From: Gammaproteobacteria bacterium
GTDB lineage: Bacteria > Pseudomonadota > Gammaproteobacteria > Steroidobacterales > Rariloculaceae
Length of the DNA stretch: 64,000 nt
Assembly (NCBI GenBank): GCA_036381515.1
Contig: DASVCR010000054.1
Coordinates: 6,811 to 70,810, forward strand
Direction: 5' to 3'
Shown in pieces: positions 18,438-28,898 of the stretch; within the stretch, counting starts at the first letter, position 1, and each line of letters opens with the position of its first letter. Made by a program: the position numbers and the translations under genes. A model generated the notes under the pieces. The model saw only the letters and a list, made by a program, of their open reading frames with translations, searched no databases and was not told the origin of the DNA.

Positions 18438-19271
18438 ATGATTAGAGTCTTTTCGACGGACCAGGGGCTCGTGGTCGAAGCGGACGGATGCTACCGGCTG
18501 GCGCCCCCGTCCATCGGCTTCGATGACGTATTCACGTCCTACGAGCCTTCCCGTCTGGTCCTCGCCGCGATCGCGTCCGCACCGCAAGTCCCGGCACCCG
18601 ACGAGTCGGGCCTCCGGGCTCCGATCGAGAGCCAGGAGGTGTGGGCCGCAGGCGTGACCTATCTCCGCAGCCGCACGGCGCGGATGGAGGAAGCGAAGAG
18701 CGCCGGCGGCGGGGATTTCTACGACCGCGTGTACGAGGCCGAGAGGCCCGAGATCTTCTTCAAGGCGACTCCGCATCGGGTCGTCGGTCCGGGCGGGCAG
18801 GTTCGTATCCGGAGCGATTCGAGATGGAACGTGCCGGAGCCGGAGCTCACGCTGGCGGTCAACGCGGCGGGGCGGATCTTCGGGTTCTCGATCGGCAACG
18901 ACATGAGCTCGCGCGACATCGAGGGCGAGAACCCGCTCTACCTTCCGCAGGCGAAGACGTATGCCGGAAGCGCCGCGCTCGGGCCGTGCCTCGTGCTCAC
19001 CGATCGGTTGCCGTCCGGCGAGACACAGATCGCGATGGAGATCGTCCGCCGCGGCGAGGTCGTCTTCTCCGGCAGCACCGACATCGGTCAGATGAAACGG
19101 CCGCTGCCGATGCTTGCCGAGTATCTCTATCGAGAGAACGTGTTCCCGCACGGCGCCTGGCTCATGACGGGCACCGGCATCGTGCCGCCCGACGAGTTCA
19201 CGCTCGCGCACGGCGACGAGATCCGAATCACGATCGAGCCGGTCGGCACGTTGAGGAACACGGTTGCCTGA
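18438..19271 (+). CDS. Fumarylacetoacetate hydrolase family protein, probable 2-keto-3-deoxy-pentonate dehydratase
   Basis: [57 protein letters not shown]. Confidence 0.8.
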   Translation: MIRVFSTDQGLVVEADGCYRLAPPSIGFDDVFTSYEPSRLVLAAIASAPQVPAPDESGLRAPIESQEVWAAGVTYLRSRTARMEEAKSAGGGDFYDRVYEAERPEIFFKATPHRVVGPGGQVRIRSDSRWNVPEPELTLAVNAAGRIFGFSIGNDMSSRDIEGENPLYLPQAKTYAGSAALGPCLVLTDRLPSGETQIAMEIVRRGEVVFSGSTDIGQMKRPLPMLAEYLYRENVFPHGAWLMTGTGIVPPDEFTLAHGDEIRITIEPVGTLRNTVA

Positions 19272-19312
19272 AGAGCACCCGGTAAGCCGTTCGCAACGCA
19301 ACAGGACACCGC

Positions 19313-20902
19313 ATGACTCTGCATGGCAAAAGCCTGATCGCCGGACAGCTCGGCGAGGCGGGCAGCGCAACCTTCCGTGCGCACGACCCCGCAACCGGCA
19401 CGCCGTTGGAGCCGGTCTTTCATGAAGCGCACGCCGCCGAAGCGGCCCGCGCAGTCGATGCCGCAGCCGATGCGTTCTCCGACTACGGTCGGCTTCCGCC
19501 CGAGGCGCGCGCTCGGTTCCTCGACACGATCGCCTCCGAGATCGAAGCGCTCGGCGACGCGCTGATCGAGCGCACCACGCGCGAGACGGGCCTGCCGGAC
19601 GCGCGCATCGTCGGCGAACGCGGACGCACGTGCGCGCAGCTCCGGCTCTTCGCCGCGACGGTTCGCGAGGGCTCTTGGGTAGACGCGCGAATCGACACCG
19701 CCTTGCCGGAGCGAACCCCGGCGCCGCGGCCGGATATTCGCCGCATGCTGAAACCGATCGGCCCGGTCGTCGTCTTCGGCGCCAGCAACTTTCCGCTCGC
19801 GTTCTCGACGGCCGGCGGCGACACGGCATCGGCATTCGCGGCGGGCTGTCCGGTCGTCGTCAAGGCACATCGGGCACACCCGGGCGCGGGCGAGCTCGTC
19901 GCCGGGGCGATCGCGCGTGCGGCGGCGAGCTGCGGCCTCCCGCCGGGTGTGTTCTCGTTCGTGCACGGCGGAGCCGAGATCGGCGCGGCGCTCGTCCGGC
20001 ATCCGCGCACGGCGGCCGTCGGCTTCACCGGTTCTCATGCCGCAGGCCGCGCGCTGTTCGACATCGCGAGCTCGAGGCCGGAACCTATCCCGGTCTTCGC
20101 CGAGATGAGCAGCGTCAATCCGGTATTGGTGCTGCCCGGCGCGCTGAGGGAGCGAGGCGCTGCAATTGCGCAAGGGCTCTTCGGCTCGTTCACCCTCGGC
20201 GTCGGTCAGTTCTGCACGAAGCCCGGCCTCGTGTTCGTCTTGCGTGGCGCCGACGCCGACGCGTTCGTCGAGGAGCTGGCGCGCATCGTCCGCGAGGCAG
20301 CCGGCGGCACGATGCTGACCGCCGGCATCCTCGAGTCGTTCGAGCGCGCTCGCGGAGCGGCGATCGGCGTCGAAGGGGTAAGGGTGATCGCCGCCTCGAA
20401 GGCTCCGGCCGAAAGCGGCTCGGCCGCGCCGAGCATCGCGTGGACCGAGGCGGCGAACTTCCTCGCGAGACCGTCGCTCGCGAACGAGGTCTTCGGTCCC
20501 TTCGCGCTCGTCATCGGTTGCAGCGACACGGAGGAGATGCTCCGCTGCTTGACGTCGCTCGGCGGTCAGCTGACCGCGACGCTGCACGCAAACGACGCGG
20601 ATCTCGCGACCGCGCGTGCGCTGATCGACGCCGCCGAACGCCGTGCCGGGCGCGTCATCCTCAACGGCTTCCCGACCGGCGTGGAGGTGTGCGCTGCGAT
20701 GCACCACGGGGGGCCGTATCCCGCGACCACCGACGTGCGCTTCACGTCGGTCGGCACGGCGGCCATTCTACGGTTCGCCCGGCCGGTCTGCTACCAGAAC
20801 TTCCCGGACGATCTGCTGCCCGCCGAGCTCAAGGACGCGAACCCGTACCGCATTCTGAGAACGGTCAACGGCGAGCTCACGCGCGACGCCGTAACACGTT
20901 GA
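19313..20902 (+). CDS. NADP-dependent aldehyde dehydrogenase, 2,5-dioxopentanoate (alpha-ketoglutaric semialdehyde) dehydrogenase type
   Basis: FGASNFPLAFSTAGGDTASA, GFTGS, AEMSSVNP, GQFCTKPG, EVFGP, HGGPYPAT. Confidence 0.88.
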   Translation: MTLHGKSLIAGQLGEAGSATFRAHDPATGTPLEPVFHEAHAAEAARAVDAAADAFSDYGRLPPEARARFLDTIASEIEALGDALIERTTRETGLPDARIVGERGRTCAQLRLFAATVREGSWVDARIDTALPERTPAPRPDIRRMLKPIGPVVVFGASNFPLAFSTAGGDTASAFAAGCPVVVKAHRAHPGAGELVAGAIARAAASCGLPPGVFSFVHGGAEIGAALVRHPRTAAVGFTGSHAAGRALFDIASSRPEPIPVFAEMSSVNPVLVLPGALRERGAAIAQGLFGSFTLGVGQFCTKPGLVFVLRGADADAFVEELARIVREAAGGTMLTAGILESFERARGAAIGVEGVRVIAASKAPAESGSAAPSIAWTEAANFLARPSLANEVFGPFALVIGCSDTEEMLRCLTSLGGQLTATLHANDADLATARALIDAAERRAGRVILNGFPTGVEVCAAMHHGGPYPATTDVRFTSVGTAAILRFARPVCYQNFPDDLLPAELKDANPYRILRTVNGELTRDAVTR

Positions 20903-20936
20903 CGTCGCCTTCCGGAACCGTTGCGACCGATAAGGC

Positions 20937-21326
20937 TCACTCGATCCCGGAGGTGTTGCCGAACTTGTTGCCCTTCTCGCTGACCGCGCCGACCAGCAGC
21001 CCCGCCGGCCGACCATCGTGGAGCGGATACGTCTTCACCGTGACCACGTCGCCGGGTTGCCAGTACGTCGGCGGGATGCCGAGGCGCCGGAGCCGCGGCG
21101 GCGCGTCGAGCTCGAAACCCCACTCGGTGACCGTGCCGTCGTCGTTCTCGACGTTGACGTAGAGCCAAGAGTGCGGGTTCAGGTAATCGAACCGCGTCAC
21201 CGTGCCGCGCAACGTCAGCACCACCTGGTTGTTGAACATTGCCGCCGAATGATGCGATTGCGCCGGCGGCGCCACCGCGGCGGCCCCGAGTGCAAGCACC
21301 GTCCAGAGCAGTGTGTGCTTGACCAT
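20937..21326 (-). CDS. DUF6152-like secreted protein
   Basis: Signal peptide then HHSAAMF, GTVTRFDYLNPHSW, PGDVVTV. Confidence 0.75.
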   Translation of the reverse strand: MVKHTLLWTVLALGAAAVAPPAQSHHSAAMFNNQVVLTLRGTVTRFDYLNPHSWLYVNVENDDGTVTEWGFELDAPPRLRRLGIPPTYWQPGDVVTVKTYPLHDGRPAGLLVGAVSEKGNKFGNTSGIE

Positions 21327-21339
21327 TGCAGAGCGCCTC

Positions 21340-22470
21340 CTATCGATGCACGTAGTCCTCGTTGAACCAGAAATCGGGATTCGTGATGTCCGGCTTCTCG
21401 CCGGGCGCGTACTGGCTCACGACGCCGTCCTCGGTGATGTACCACTGCGAGCCTTCGACGCAATCCCACTGGTGCGGCCAGATTCGTTCCTTCGCCTCGG
21501 GCGTGCGGTCGTCCTCTTTGTAGAATGCGACGACCGTGTGCCACGGCTCGACGAACGTCGGATCGTACATGGTCACCTCGATCTCGATCCGCTCGTTCGG
21601 GATATACGCCGACCCGAGGGTGTTCGGCGTGATCTCGACGCCGGCGGCGACCGGGTCGACTTTACGCCAGCGCTCGATCACCTCCATCTCGCTCGTCTGC
21701 CGCGGCATGTTGCGTTGCAGGATCCCTTCCTTGATGCCCTTCGTCCACACGACCAGGATGTCGCCGTCCCAGAAGCCGATCGAGTAGCCGAGCCACTCGT
21801 TCGAGAGCCATTCGGGTGACGGGTGCGGACGGCCGTCGGTGAAGATCCGCCTGAACTCATTCATCATCTCGCTGCCGACCAGCACCTTGTCCGGCGTCAG
21901 GAAGTGCTCGCGGAAGCCGTATTCGGTGAACCAGCGCGGGAAGTTCGGCGGCAGGCAGAACGAGATCGGGTCGATCGCGTGATTCTCATCCCACATGCGC
22001 CGGTCGCGCAGGAACACTTCGCGTGCTTCGGGGGTAAGCCTCGCAGCCATGCCTTCGGGTGTCGAGTTCAAGCCGACGATCGCAATCTCACCCGTGCTGT
22101 TGTCGGTTCCCCAGTGGCCGCTCCAGTCGGGAAGCGTCGCGAAAGTGTGCCGCGTCGGGCCGCCGCGTCGCTTCGCATCCTCGAGCAGCGCGTTGTAGTG
22201 CTCCTCGGCGGACGAGTATCCGCAAGGGCCGCCCGGCAGCTCGAACGAGCCCCAGACCGTCGTGAACTCGCGCCGGGCCGAGATACTCTGCTTCGTGCCG
22301 AGGTCGGGGTACTGCTCCGCGAGCGGCACGCACTCCGCCGCGGTGGCCGCCGGATTCTCCTGGGCGGCTGCCTGATCGTAACCGAGCGCGGCTAGCGCAA
22401 CTGCGGCTGCTCCGGCCGCATAGCCCGCGCGCCGCGCGGGCCTTCGTAGCCTTTTGGGAATGCTCGTCAT
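21340..22470 (-). CDS. Conserved secreted hypothetical protein (type commonly paired with DUF6152)
   Basis: Signal peptide; LPDWSGHW, DPISFCLPPNFPR, RRIFTDGRPHP, GYSIGFWDGDILVV, IERWR, DPTFVEPW. Confidence 0.75.
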   Translation of the reverse strand: MTSIPKRLRRPARRAGYAAGAAAVALAALGYDQAAAQENPAATAAECVPLAEQYPDLGTKQSISARREFTTVWGSFELPGGPCGYSSAEEHYNALLEDAKRRGGPTRHTFATLPDWSGHWGTDNSTGEIAIVGLNSTPEGMAARLTPEAREVFLRDRRMWDENHAIDPISFCLPPNFPRWFTEYGFREHFLTPDKVLVGSEMMNEFRRIFTDGRPHPSPEWLSNEWLGYSIGFWDGDILVVWTKGIKEGILQRNMPRQTSEMEVIERWRKVDPVAAGVEITPNTLGSAYIPNERIEIEVTMYDPTFVEPWHTVVAFYKEDDRTPEAKERIWPHQWDCVEGSQWYITEDGVVSQYAPGEKPDITNPDFWFNEDYVHR

Positions 22471-22781
22471 GGACAGAACACCTCCACTGTGCGGCAGGGC
22501 CGTATACGTTCACACAGGAGGCGGTGGACTAGGCCTGGCGCGGCGCGAACACCCGAATGCCCCGGACCTGGGATATACCGCCCCGGGAGACGATAACACG
22601 AAGCCTCCGACGCGGGTGACCGCAGCCGGTTACCGTCCGACAGCGATTGCGAAGAGGTCTCGCGCCTGCGGCGCGACGCGGCACGGCTCGCCGCCCGGCG
22701 CCGCGGCCGGGTGGCCGCGGCGTCGTCGCAGCGCTCCGCCTGAGCGGTGTCGCCACGCGCCGCGCGCGGCCGCCGGTCCGG

Positions 22782-23228
22782 CTAATCCGGAATCTCGGCC
22801 TCGACGAGCTTCCCGAGCAGCGTCAGCGACTCCTGCCACCCGAGGTAGCAGGCCTCCCGCGGGATCGCTTCCGGCACGCCTTCCTGGACGATGTGGATCT
22901 CCGTGCCGACGGACACCTGCTCGAGCGTGACGGTCGTGCGCATCTCGCCCGGCAAGCCGGGGTCGTCGAACGCGTCGGTGTAGCTGATCCGCCGGTTCGG
23001 CTCGAGCTCGAGAAAGCGCCCCCCGAAGGAGTGGGCCTTGCCGGTGGTGAAGTTCGTGAACGACATCCTGTAGCTGCCGCCGACCCGCGCGTCCATCTCG
23101 TGGACCTTGCCCGTGAAGCCGTTCGGCGGCAGCCACTTCGCCATCGCGTCCGGGTCGAGAAACGCCCGGTAGACGCGCTCGGGCGCGGCGCGCAGGACGC
23201 GGTGCAGACGGATCGTGCTGGTGGCCAT
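22782..23228 (-). CDS. SRPBCC/AHSA1-like domain protein
   Basis: APERVYRAFLDPDAMAKWLPP, VGGSYRMSF, CYLGWQESL; GGAGA RBS. Confidence 0.9.
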   Translation of the reverse strand: MATSTIRLHRVLRAAPERVYRAFLDPDAMAKWLPPNGFTGKVHEMDARVGGSYRMSFTNFTTGKAHSFGGRFLELEPNRRISYTDAFDDPGLPGEMRTTVTLEQVSVGTEIHIVQEGVPEAIPREACYLGWQESLTLLGKLVEAEIPD

Positions 23229-23529
23229 GGTGCTCTCTCCTGGGTGTTCAACGAGTACCCGTAGTCGAACGGGGCTGCACGGGATCGACAGGCCGCCCGC
23301 CCGACCCGCTACGGCACCGCCAGGTGCTGCGGCACGAGTAGAGGCTGCTCAACGTCCCCTCCGAAAGCCTCGTTCAGATCTCATCGGGCGCCATACCGGG
23401 CGCATGGCGGGCGTGAGTGCGGCAGAGGTCGCAAAACGGTTTGGCGCGGCGTGCGCGCGTCGCGACGAATCTCGGTTATTATCGGGCCTGCAGGATTCAG
23501 CCGCTCGTCCAATTTCGAGGATATAAGAA

Positions 23530-24408
23530 TTGAAAACCAAGTACGTTCTTTCCGCCGTGCTGCTGCTCGCGACGGCGACGGTATTCGCCCAGCCCAACGC
23601 CGGGGGCCGCCGCGGCGGAGGCGCAAGTCCGTTCGGCAACGCCCCACTGCAGATCGAGCCGGTGCGCGACGGCATCTATCGGATCAGCAGCTCGTCATCG
23701 GGCAACATCGTCGTGTTCACGTCGGATGATGCGGTACTGCTCGTCGACAGCAAGTTCGAGAACGAGTACGACCGCTACATGGAGCTGCTTCGAACGGTCA
23801 CGGATAAGCCCGTGAAGTATGTGATCAATACGCACATGCATCCGGACCACACCGGCGGCAACATCAGGCTCGAGGGTCTCGGCGCCGACATCATCGCGAC
23901 CGAGAATGCGCGCGCGCGGCTTGCGGCCATTCAGCAGATGGGGCTTCCGACCATCACGTTCGACGACCATTTGCGGTTGTATTTCGGCGAGCACGTCATG
24001 GACCTGTACTGGTTCGGGCGCGGTCACACGGACGGCGATCTCGTGATTCATCTGCCCGAGGAGAACATGATCTTGACAGGCGATCTCTTCGCCGGCGGCG
24101 ACCCGTTCGTGCGCGCGATCGACCCGGCGGCCGGAGGTACGCTCAAGGAGTGGGGACCGACGGTCGCGCGCGTGCTCGAGCTAGAGTTCGACACCGTGAT
24201 ACCCGGACACAGCGAACCGACCGATCGTGCCACCCTGCAGGCCTTCCAAGACGAAACGCTCAGGATGGAGGCGCTCATTACGGAAATGCTCAGCGCCGGA
24301 CGCTCGATCGAGGACGTGCAAGCGGCGCTCGCAAACGAGTTCAATCGGATGGCGTTTTTCGTCTTCGGAAACGCGGCGGATGTGATCGCGGAATTTCAGC
24401 AGCGCTAA
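23530..24408 (+). CDS. Secreted MBL-fold metallo-hydrolase
   Basis: Signal peptide, THMHPDHTGGN, GHTDGD, TGDLF, IPGH. Confidence 0.9.
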   Translation: MKTKYVLSAVLLLATATVFAQPNAGGRRGGGASPFGNAPLQIEPVRDGIYRISSSSSGNIVVFTSDDAVLLVDSKFENEYDRYMELLRTVTDKPVKYVINTHMHPDHTGGNIRLEGLGADIIATENARARLAAIQQMGLPTITFDDHLRLYFGEHVMDLYWFGRGHTDGDLVIHLPEENMILTGDLFAGGDPFVRAIDPAAGGTLKEWGPTVARVLELEFDTVIPGHSEPTDRATLQAFQDETLRMEALITEMLSAGRSIEDVQAALANEFNRMAFFVFGNAADVIAEFQQR

Positions 24409-24438
24409 CGGGTGCCGCCGCTCACGTGGAGAACGATC

Positions 24439-25701
24439 ATGATCGAACGACATCGGACCACGAGCATCCTCGCCGGCCTATCGCTCGGGATGTTGCTGGC
24501 CGGCGCGACGCTTGCGGAGGAACAGGCCGTCATCGCCGGCATGTCGTCGGAGCGGCTGGATCGCCTCGACGAGCATTTCCACCGCTACGTCGACGACGGC
24601 CTGATCTCCGGCGTGGTCACGTACATCGTTCGGCACGGTCAAGTGGTGCACGAGGATGCGTACGGTCTTGCGGACATCGCGGCGAACCGTCCGATGTCGC
24701 AGGACACCTATTTCTATCTGTACTCGATGACCAAGCCCGTCACGAGCGTGGCGCTGCTGATTCTCTACGAGGAAGGCAAATTCCAGCTCGACGATCCGAT
24801 CGCCGATTACCTGCCGGAGCTGGCCGACCTCAAGCTCTATGTCGGCGAAGGCGAGGACGGCAACATGATCCTGAAGGATCCCGCGCGCCAGCCGACGATC
24901 CACGACGTGTTCCGTCATACGGCCGGGTTCCTGTACGGCCCTAACGGCAATCGCGGCATCGACCGGGCGTACGCCGAAGCCGAGCTGATGAGCGGCACGT
25001 TGGCCGAGCTCACGCGCAAGCTCGGCAGGATTCCGCTGGCGTACGAGCCCGGTACGCGATGGGTTTATTCGGTTTCACACGACGTGCAGGCACGCCTCGT
25101 CGAAGTCCTGTCCGGCATGCCCTTCGACGAATTCGCGAAAGAGCGCATTTTCGAGCCGCTCGGCATGAAGGACACCGTGTTCGGCCGACCGGAGGCGCTC
25201 AAGGACCGGTTTGCCGTCATCTACGGCCCGAGCCGGTCGGGGCAGCTCCAGCCGACCGGCGCGCTCGATCAGCCGGGCGCCGCGAGCCGTGTGCTCGGCG
25301 GCCTCAGCCTGTCGTCCACGGCAGCGGATTACGCGCGTTTCGCGCAGATGCTCGTCAACTCCGGCGAGCTCGACGGCGTGCGCATCCTGTCGCGCAAGAC
25401 CGTCGACCTCATGGCGTCGAACCACCTGCCGCCCGGCGTCACTCGGGGCGCGGCGGGCGGCGGCACGGCGAGCGGCGAGGGCTACGGCCTCGGCGTCCGG
25501 GTCGTCACCGATCCGGCCGCCGCCGGCAACCTGACGTCGGCCGGGACCTTCGGCTGGTCGGGCGCGGCCGGCACGCACTTTTTCGTCGATCGCGAAGAGG
25601 ATTTGGTGGCGGTGTTCATGATCCAGAGCATGGGCGGCGCCGGCGGCGCCCGCATGAGCGACGAGTTCGAAACGCTGGTCTATCAAGCCATCGTCGACTG
25701 A
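24439..25701 (+). CDS. Serine hydrolase, beta-lactamase/class C-like family
   Basis: YSMTKP (SxxK), HTAG, EPGTRWVYS, FGWSGAAGT; signal peptide. Confidence 0.9.
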   Translation: MIERHRTTSILAGLSLGMLLAGATLAEEQAVIAGMSSERLDRLDEHFHRYVDDGLISGVVTYIVRHGQVVHEDAYGLADIAANRPMSQDTYFYLYSMTKPVTSVALLILYEEGKFQLDDPIADYLPELADLKLYVGEGEDGNMILKDPARQPTIHDVFRHTAGFLYGPNGNRGIDRAYAEAELMSGTLAELTRKLGRIPLAYEPGTRWVYSVSHDVQARLVEVLSGMPFDEFAKERIFEPLGMKDTVFGRPEALKDRFAVIYGPSRSGQLQPTGALDQPGAASRVLGGLSLSSTAADYARFAQMLVNSGELDGVRILSRKTVDLMASNHLPPGVTRGAAGGGTASGEGYGLGVRVVTDPAAAGNLTSAGTFGWSGAAGTHFFVDREEDLVAVFMIQSMGGAGGARMSDEFETLVYQAIVD

Positions 25702-25760
25702 TCGCTTCGAGTGGCGAACTGACACGGCGACGTTGAGGCTCAGGCGCGGTCTTCGGCGCG

Positions 25761-25785
25761 CAGCGGCGCCATAGTGGCGCCGCTG
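25761..25785. terminator. Hairpin between convergent genes
   Basis: CAGCGGCGCCA-TAG-TGGCGCCGCTG, 11-bp perfect stem; no clear U-tract. Confidence 0.5.
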
Positions 25786-25839
25786 AGCTCGATCGCTACG
25801 CCCAGGGAGAGCGCCTGCTTACGGCGCATGGGTTGTGCA

Positions 25840-26472
25840 CTAACAGTTGATCTGCCCTTCGGCTTCACGCACGCGGCGGATCGCGGGGCGCGCTTCCAGC
25901 CGCTCCATATAGGCGCGGATATTCGGATAGGGATCGAGGACGATCTGCGCAGGCACGGACCAATTCAGCACAATCAAAGCGTAGCCGTCGATGACCGAAT
26001 ACTGATCGCCCAATACATAGTCGCGTTCCGCCAGTCGGTCTTCCAGAACCTTCAGGCGCCGCGCCACGCGTTGGTCATAGAGCGCTTTTGTCTTTTCCTT
26101 CTCCTCTTCGGCCGCGGGCAATGCCTTGTAGATGTATTCGATGATGGTCGGATGCAGATCCGACGCAATGAACGAGAGCCAGCTTTCCGCCTGTGCCCGG
26201 TCAATCGTGTTTCGGGCAGGGAGCAGCTTTTTCTCGGGCACGAGATCGGCAATATAGGCCAACGTCGCAGCGTTCTGGGTCAAGACCGTTCCGTCTTCCA
26301 GTACCAGAACCGGGGTCATCGCCATCGGGTTCAGTTCGCGCACTTTGATCGCAATCGGATCGTCCGGGCGATCGAGGCGAACCTCGATCGCCTGATAGTC
26401 AACGCCCGCTTCCTCGAGTGCGAAGTGGTTCGAGGTCGAGCAGGCGCCGCGGTGATAATAGAGAGTAATCAT
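25840..26472 (-). CDS. Glutathione S-transferase (beta-class-like)
   Basis: YYHRGACS, LNPMAMTPVL, LTQNAATLAY, FIASDLHP, YSVIDGY, RPAIRR. Confidence 0.9.
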   Translation of the reverse strand: MITLYYHRGACSTSNHFALEEAGVDYQAIEVRLDRPDDPIAIKVRELNPMAMTPVLVLEDGTVLTQNAATLAYIADLVPEKKLLPARNTIDRAQAESWLSFIASDLHPTIIEYIYKALPAAEEEKEKTKALYDQRVARRLKVLEDRLAERDYVLGDQYSVIDGYALIVLNWSVPAQIVLDPYPNIRAYMERLEARPAIRRVREAEGQINC

Positions 26473-26534
26473 GTTTCGTCTTCCTGGTTCCTATGCAAAG
26501 GGGTGGTACGACGCGATCCACGGTGGCGGGTTCG

Positions 26535-27290
26535 CTAGAGACGAGACCCGCCGTCGACGTGAAGAACGGCGCCGTTCATGTAGCGGTTGGCCATGAGGAA
26601 CAGCACAGCAGCGGCCGCCTCATCGGCGCTGCCCCACCGGTGGAGAGGGTGGCTCTCCGCCACCATGCGCATATAGGCGTCGCGTTGATCCCCCATCGCT
26701 TTGCCGATCAGGGGCGTATCGATGGGGCCAGGCGAAAGCGTGTTTACGCGGCGCGGTGCCAGTTCCAACGCAAGGCCGCGCGCCAGCACCTCCAACGCCG
26801 CGCAGGCACTGGCCACGATCGCCGTGCCATTGCCGTCAGGGTGATGAGTCAGCGCGCCCGACACCAGCGTGATCGAGGCATCCGCCGCCAGCCTTTCGCC
26901 AAGCGTGCGCAGAATATGTACGACCGACCAGATGCGTTCGTCATAGGCGCGCTGGAGCAAGCTGACGTCGGCCTCCATAACCTTGCCGATGGTCAGTGCG
27001 CCCGCCAAAAGCACCAGATGATCGACCCGTTCAATGGGCGACAGACCTTGCCGGATCGCTTCGGGGTCACTGATCTCGGCTGCTAACGAACCTGCGAACC
27101 CGTGAGCATCAGCGACGTGTGCGACTCGGTCGCGGTCGCGCCCAGCGACGATGACGGCCGCGCCGGACGCTTTGGCAGCCACCGCCGTGGCCAGACCGAT
27201 GCCGGATGTGCCTCCAAAGATCAGGACGGATTTTCCAGCCAGGGATGGGACCGGACCGAGGACTTCTGCAAAGGCTGTGTCTTCCTGCAT
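26535..27290 (-). CDS. SDR family oxidoreductase (atypical, no YxxxK seen)
   Basis: FGGTSGIG, LALELAPRRVNTLSPGPIDTP, VDGG. Confidence 0.88.
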   Translation of the reverse strand: MQEDTAFAEVLGPVPSLAGKSVLIFGGTSGIGLATAVAAKASGAAVIVAGRDRDRVAHVADAHGFAGSLAAEISDPEAIRQGLSPIERVDHLVLLAGALTIGKVMEADVSLLQRAYDERIWSVVHILRTLGERLAADASITLVSGALTHHPDGNGTAIVASACAALEVLARGLALELAPRRVNTLSPGPIDTPLIGKAMGDQRDAYMRMVAESHPLHRWGSADEAAAAVLFLMANRYMNGAVLHVDGGSRL

Positions 27291-27417
27291 GGCGATCTCC
27301 GATTTCCGGGCCGGTGGGTCCTCCGATTTCTGGACCTGTGGCCACTGTCCGAGGAGCAAGATAGCAACCGCCTCTAAGATTGATAATGGCAGGGTGTGTC
27401 GTTATATATGTGCCACG

Positions 27418-28479
27418 ATGGAACAAATCGGCCTCGACAGGCTAAAGGGGCTAATCGCTTTTTCGCGGGCGGCCTCGCTCGGAAGCTACACCGCTGCTGC
27501 GCGCGCGCTGTCGATTTCGCCCTCAGCCGTCAGCAAGAGTATTCAGCGACTCGAAAAACGGCTGGGCGTCAAGCTCTTCGCTCGCACCACACGTTCGCTG
27601 ACCCTGACACCCGAGGGGCGCGTTCTACACGACCGGGCGATCCAGCTGCTGCGTCACGCCGAGGAGATCGAGCTGGTCGCCGCCGCGGTGTGCGGAGAGC
27701 CCTCAGGCTCCATCAAACTCGCCGCCCCCGTTCCGATCGCGTTGCATATCCTTGCGCCAAAGTTGGCCTTGTTCCGGGAGCGCTACCCCAAGGTCACTGT
27801 CGACCTGCGGGTCAGCGATACGATGAGCGATCTCATAGAGGAAGGTATCGACGTCGCGATCCGGATCGGCGACCCGGAAGATTCACGTCTTATCGCGCGC
27901 AGGCTAGGTCCAAATAAAGCTGGTGCCTTCGCTTCGCCCGCCTATCTGGCAAAGCGCGGCGTGCCGCGCCGGATTGAAGATCTGGAGCGGCATGACTGCG
28001 TCAACATCCGGCACTTCAACTCCGGACAGTTGTTACGCTGGCCGTTTCGCGTGGGAAACCGAACGGTGGAAATCTTGCCCGCTGCCGGCGTCGTCGTTGA
28101 CAACTCCGATGCCGTAACTGTCGCCGTCGCTGGCGGTGCAGGTATCGGCCTTGCTCCGACCTATGTCGCCGCGCCATACGTTGCTCGAGGGGAACTGGTG
28201 CCGGTTCTGGCGCAGTATTGGGCGGAACGGCATAGCATTACCGCGCTTTGGTCGGAAAGTCGCCGCGGCAACCCGAACGTAAAAGCCTTCGTCGCCTTTT
28301 TACAGGAGATCTTTCCAAATCCAGCGCCGTGGGATCAGGTTCAGATGCACCCCGAAACGCCGCAGGGCTATGGCAGCAATGCGAGCCGAGCCAAGGCGAA
28401 GAAACCGCAACCGACGCGAACCGCAAAGCGGACGGCTGGAGCTTCGCGACCGAGAACGAAGCATCGGCGTGGCAGCTAA
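27418..28479 (+). CDS. LysR family transcriptional regulator
   Basis: GSYTAAARALSISPSAVSKSIQRLEKRLGVKLFARTTRSLTLT; DLIEEGIDVAIRIG; divergent from the SDR. Confidence 0.93.
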   Translation: MEQIGLDRLKGLIAFSRAASLGSYTAAARALSISPSAVSKSIQRLEKRLGVKLFARTTRSLTLTPEGRVLHDRAIQLLRHAEEIELVAAAVCGEPSGSIKLAAPVPIALHILAPKLALFRERYPKVTVDLRVSDTMSDLIEEGIDVAIRIGDPEDSRLIARRLGPNKAGAFASPAYLAKRGVPRRIEDLERHDCVNIRHFNSGQLLRWPFRVGNRTVEILPAAGVVVDNSDAVTVAVAGGAGIGLAPTYVAAPYVARGELVPVLAQYWAERHSITALWSESRRGNPNVKAFVAFLQEIFPNPAPWDQVQMHPETPQGYGSNASRAKAKKPQPTRTAKRTAGASRPRTKHRRGS

Positions 28480-28512
28480 GGATTACTTCCTGCGCGCCCC
28501 CGCGCCTCCTGC

Positions 28513-28896
28513 TCAGGAGCCGGCCTTCGCATCGAATTTTCGCCGGGCCTCCTCGATGTCGTCGAGGTGGTGGATCGCCCAGTCGTAGACCGCCGCGAAG
28601 GGCACTTGCAGCGTGCGCCCCAAGTCGGTGATCGAATACTCGACGGCGACTGGCGACGTCGCTATCACCCGGCGCTCGATCAATCCGTTGCGCTCGAGCC
28701 GCCTCAGCGCCTGAGTCAGTGCCTTGTGGGTTATTCCTTCCAATCGGCGCATCATTGCGTTGAAGCGCGTCGGCCGCTCAATGAGGATGGTCAGGATCAT
28801 CACCGACCATTTGTTGGCCACCTGGTCGAAGAACGATCGCGCGGCGCAATCGGCGAAATAGACGATGTCCACGTCCGCAGGCCGGGTCCTCGGCAT
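28513..28896 (-). CDS. HxlR family winged-helix regulator
   Basis: KWSVMIL, RFNAMMRRLEGITHKALTQALRRLERNGLIER, VEYSITDLG. Confidence 0.9.
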   Translation of the reverse strand: MPRTRPADVDIVYFADCAARSFFDQVANKWSVMILTILIERPTRFNAMMRRLEGITHKALTQALRRLERNGLIERRVIATSPVAVEYSITDLGRTLQVPFAAVYDWAIHHLDDIEEARRKFDAKAGS

Positions 28897-28898
28897 GT

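Noticed and set aside
23530..25701. Antibiotic-resistance beta-lactamases
   Set aside because: Only fold-level motifs (MBL HxHxDH, SxxK) shared by many hydrolases; no evidence for beta-lactam specificity.
27151..27417. N-terminal extension of the LysR ORF
   Set aside because: It overlaps the divergent SDR start; the HTH begins right after ATG 27418.
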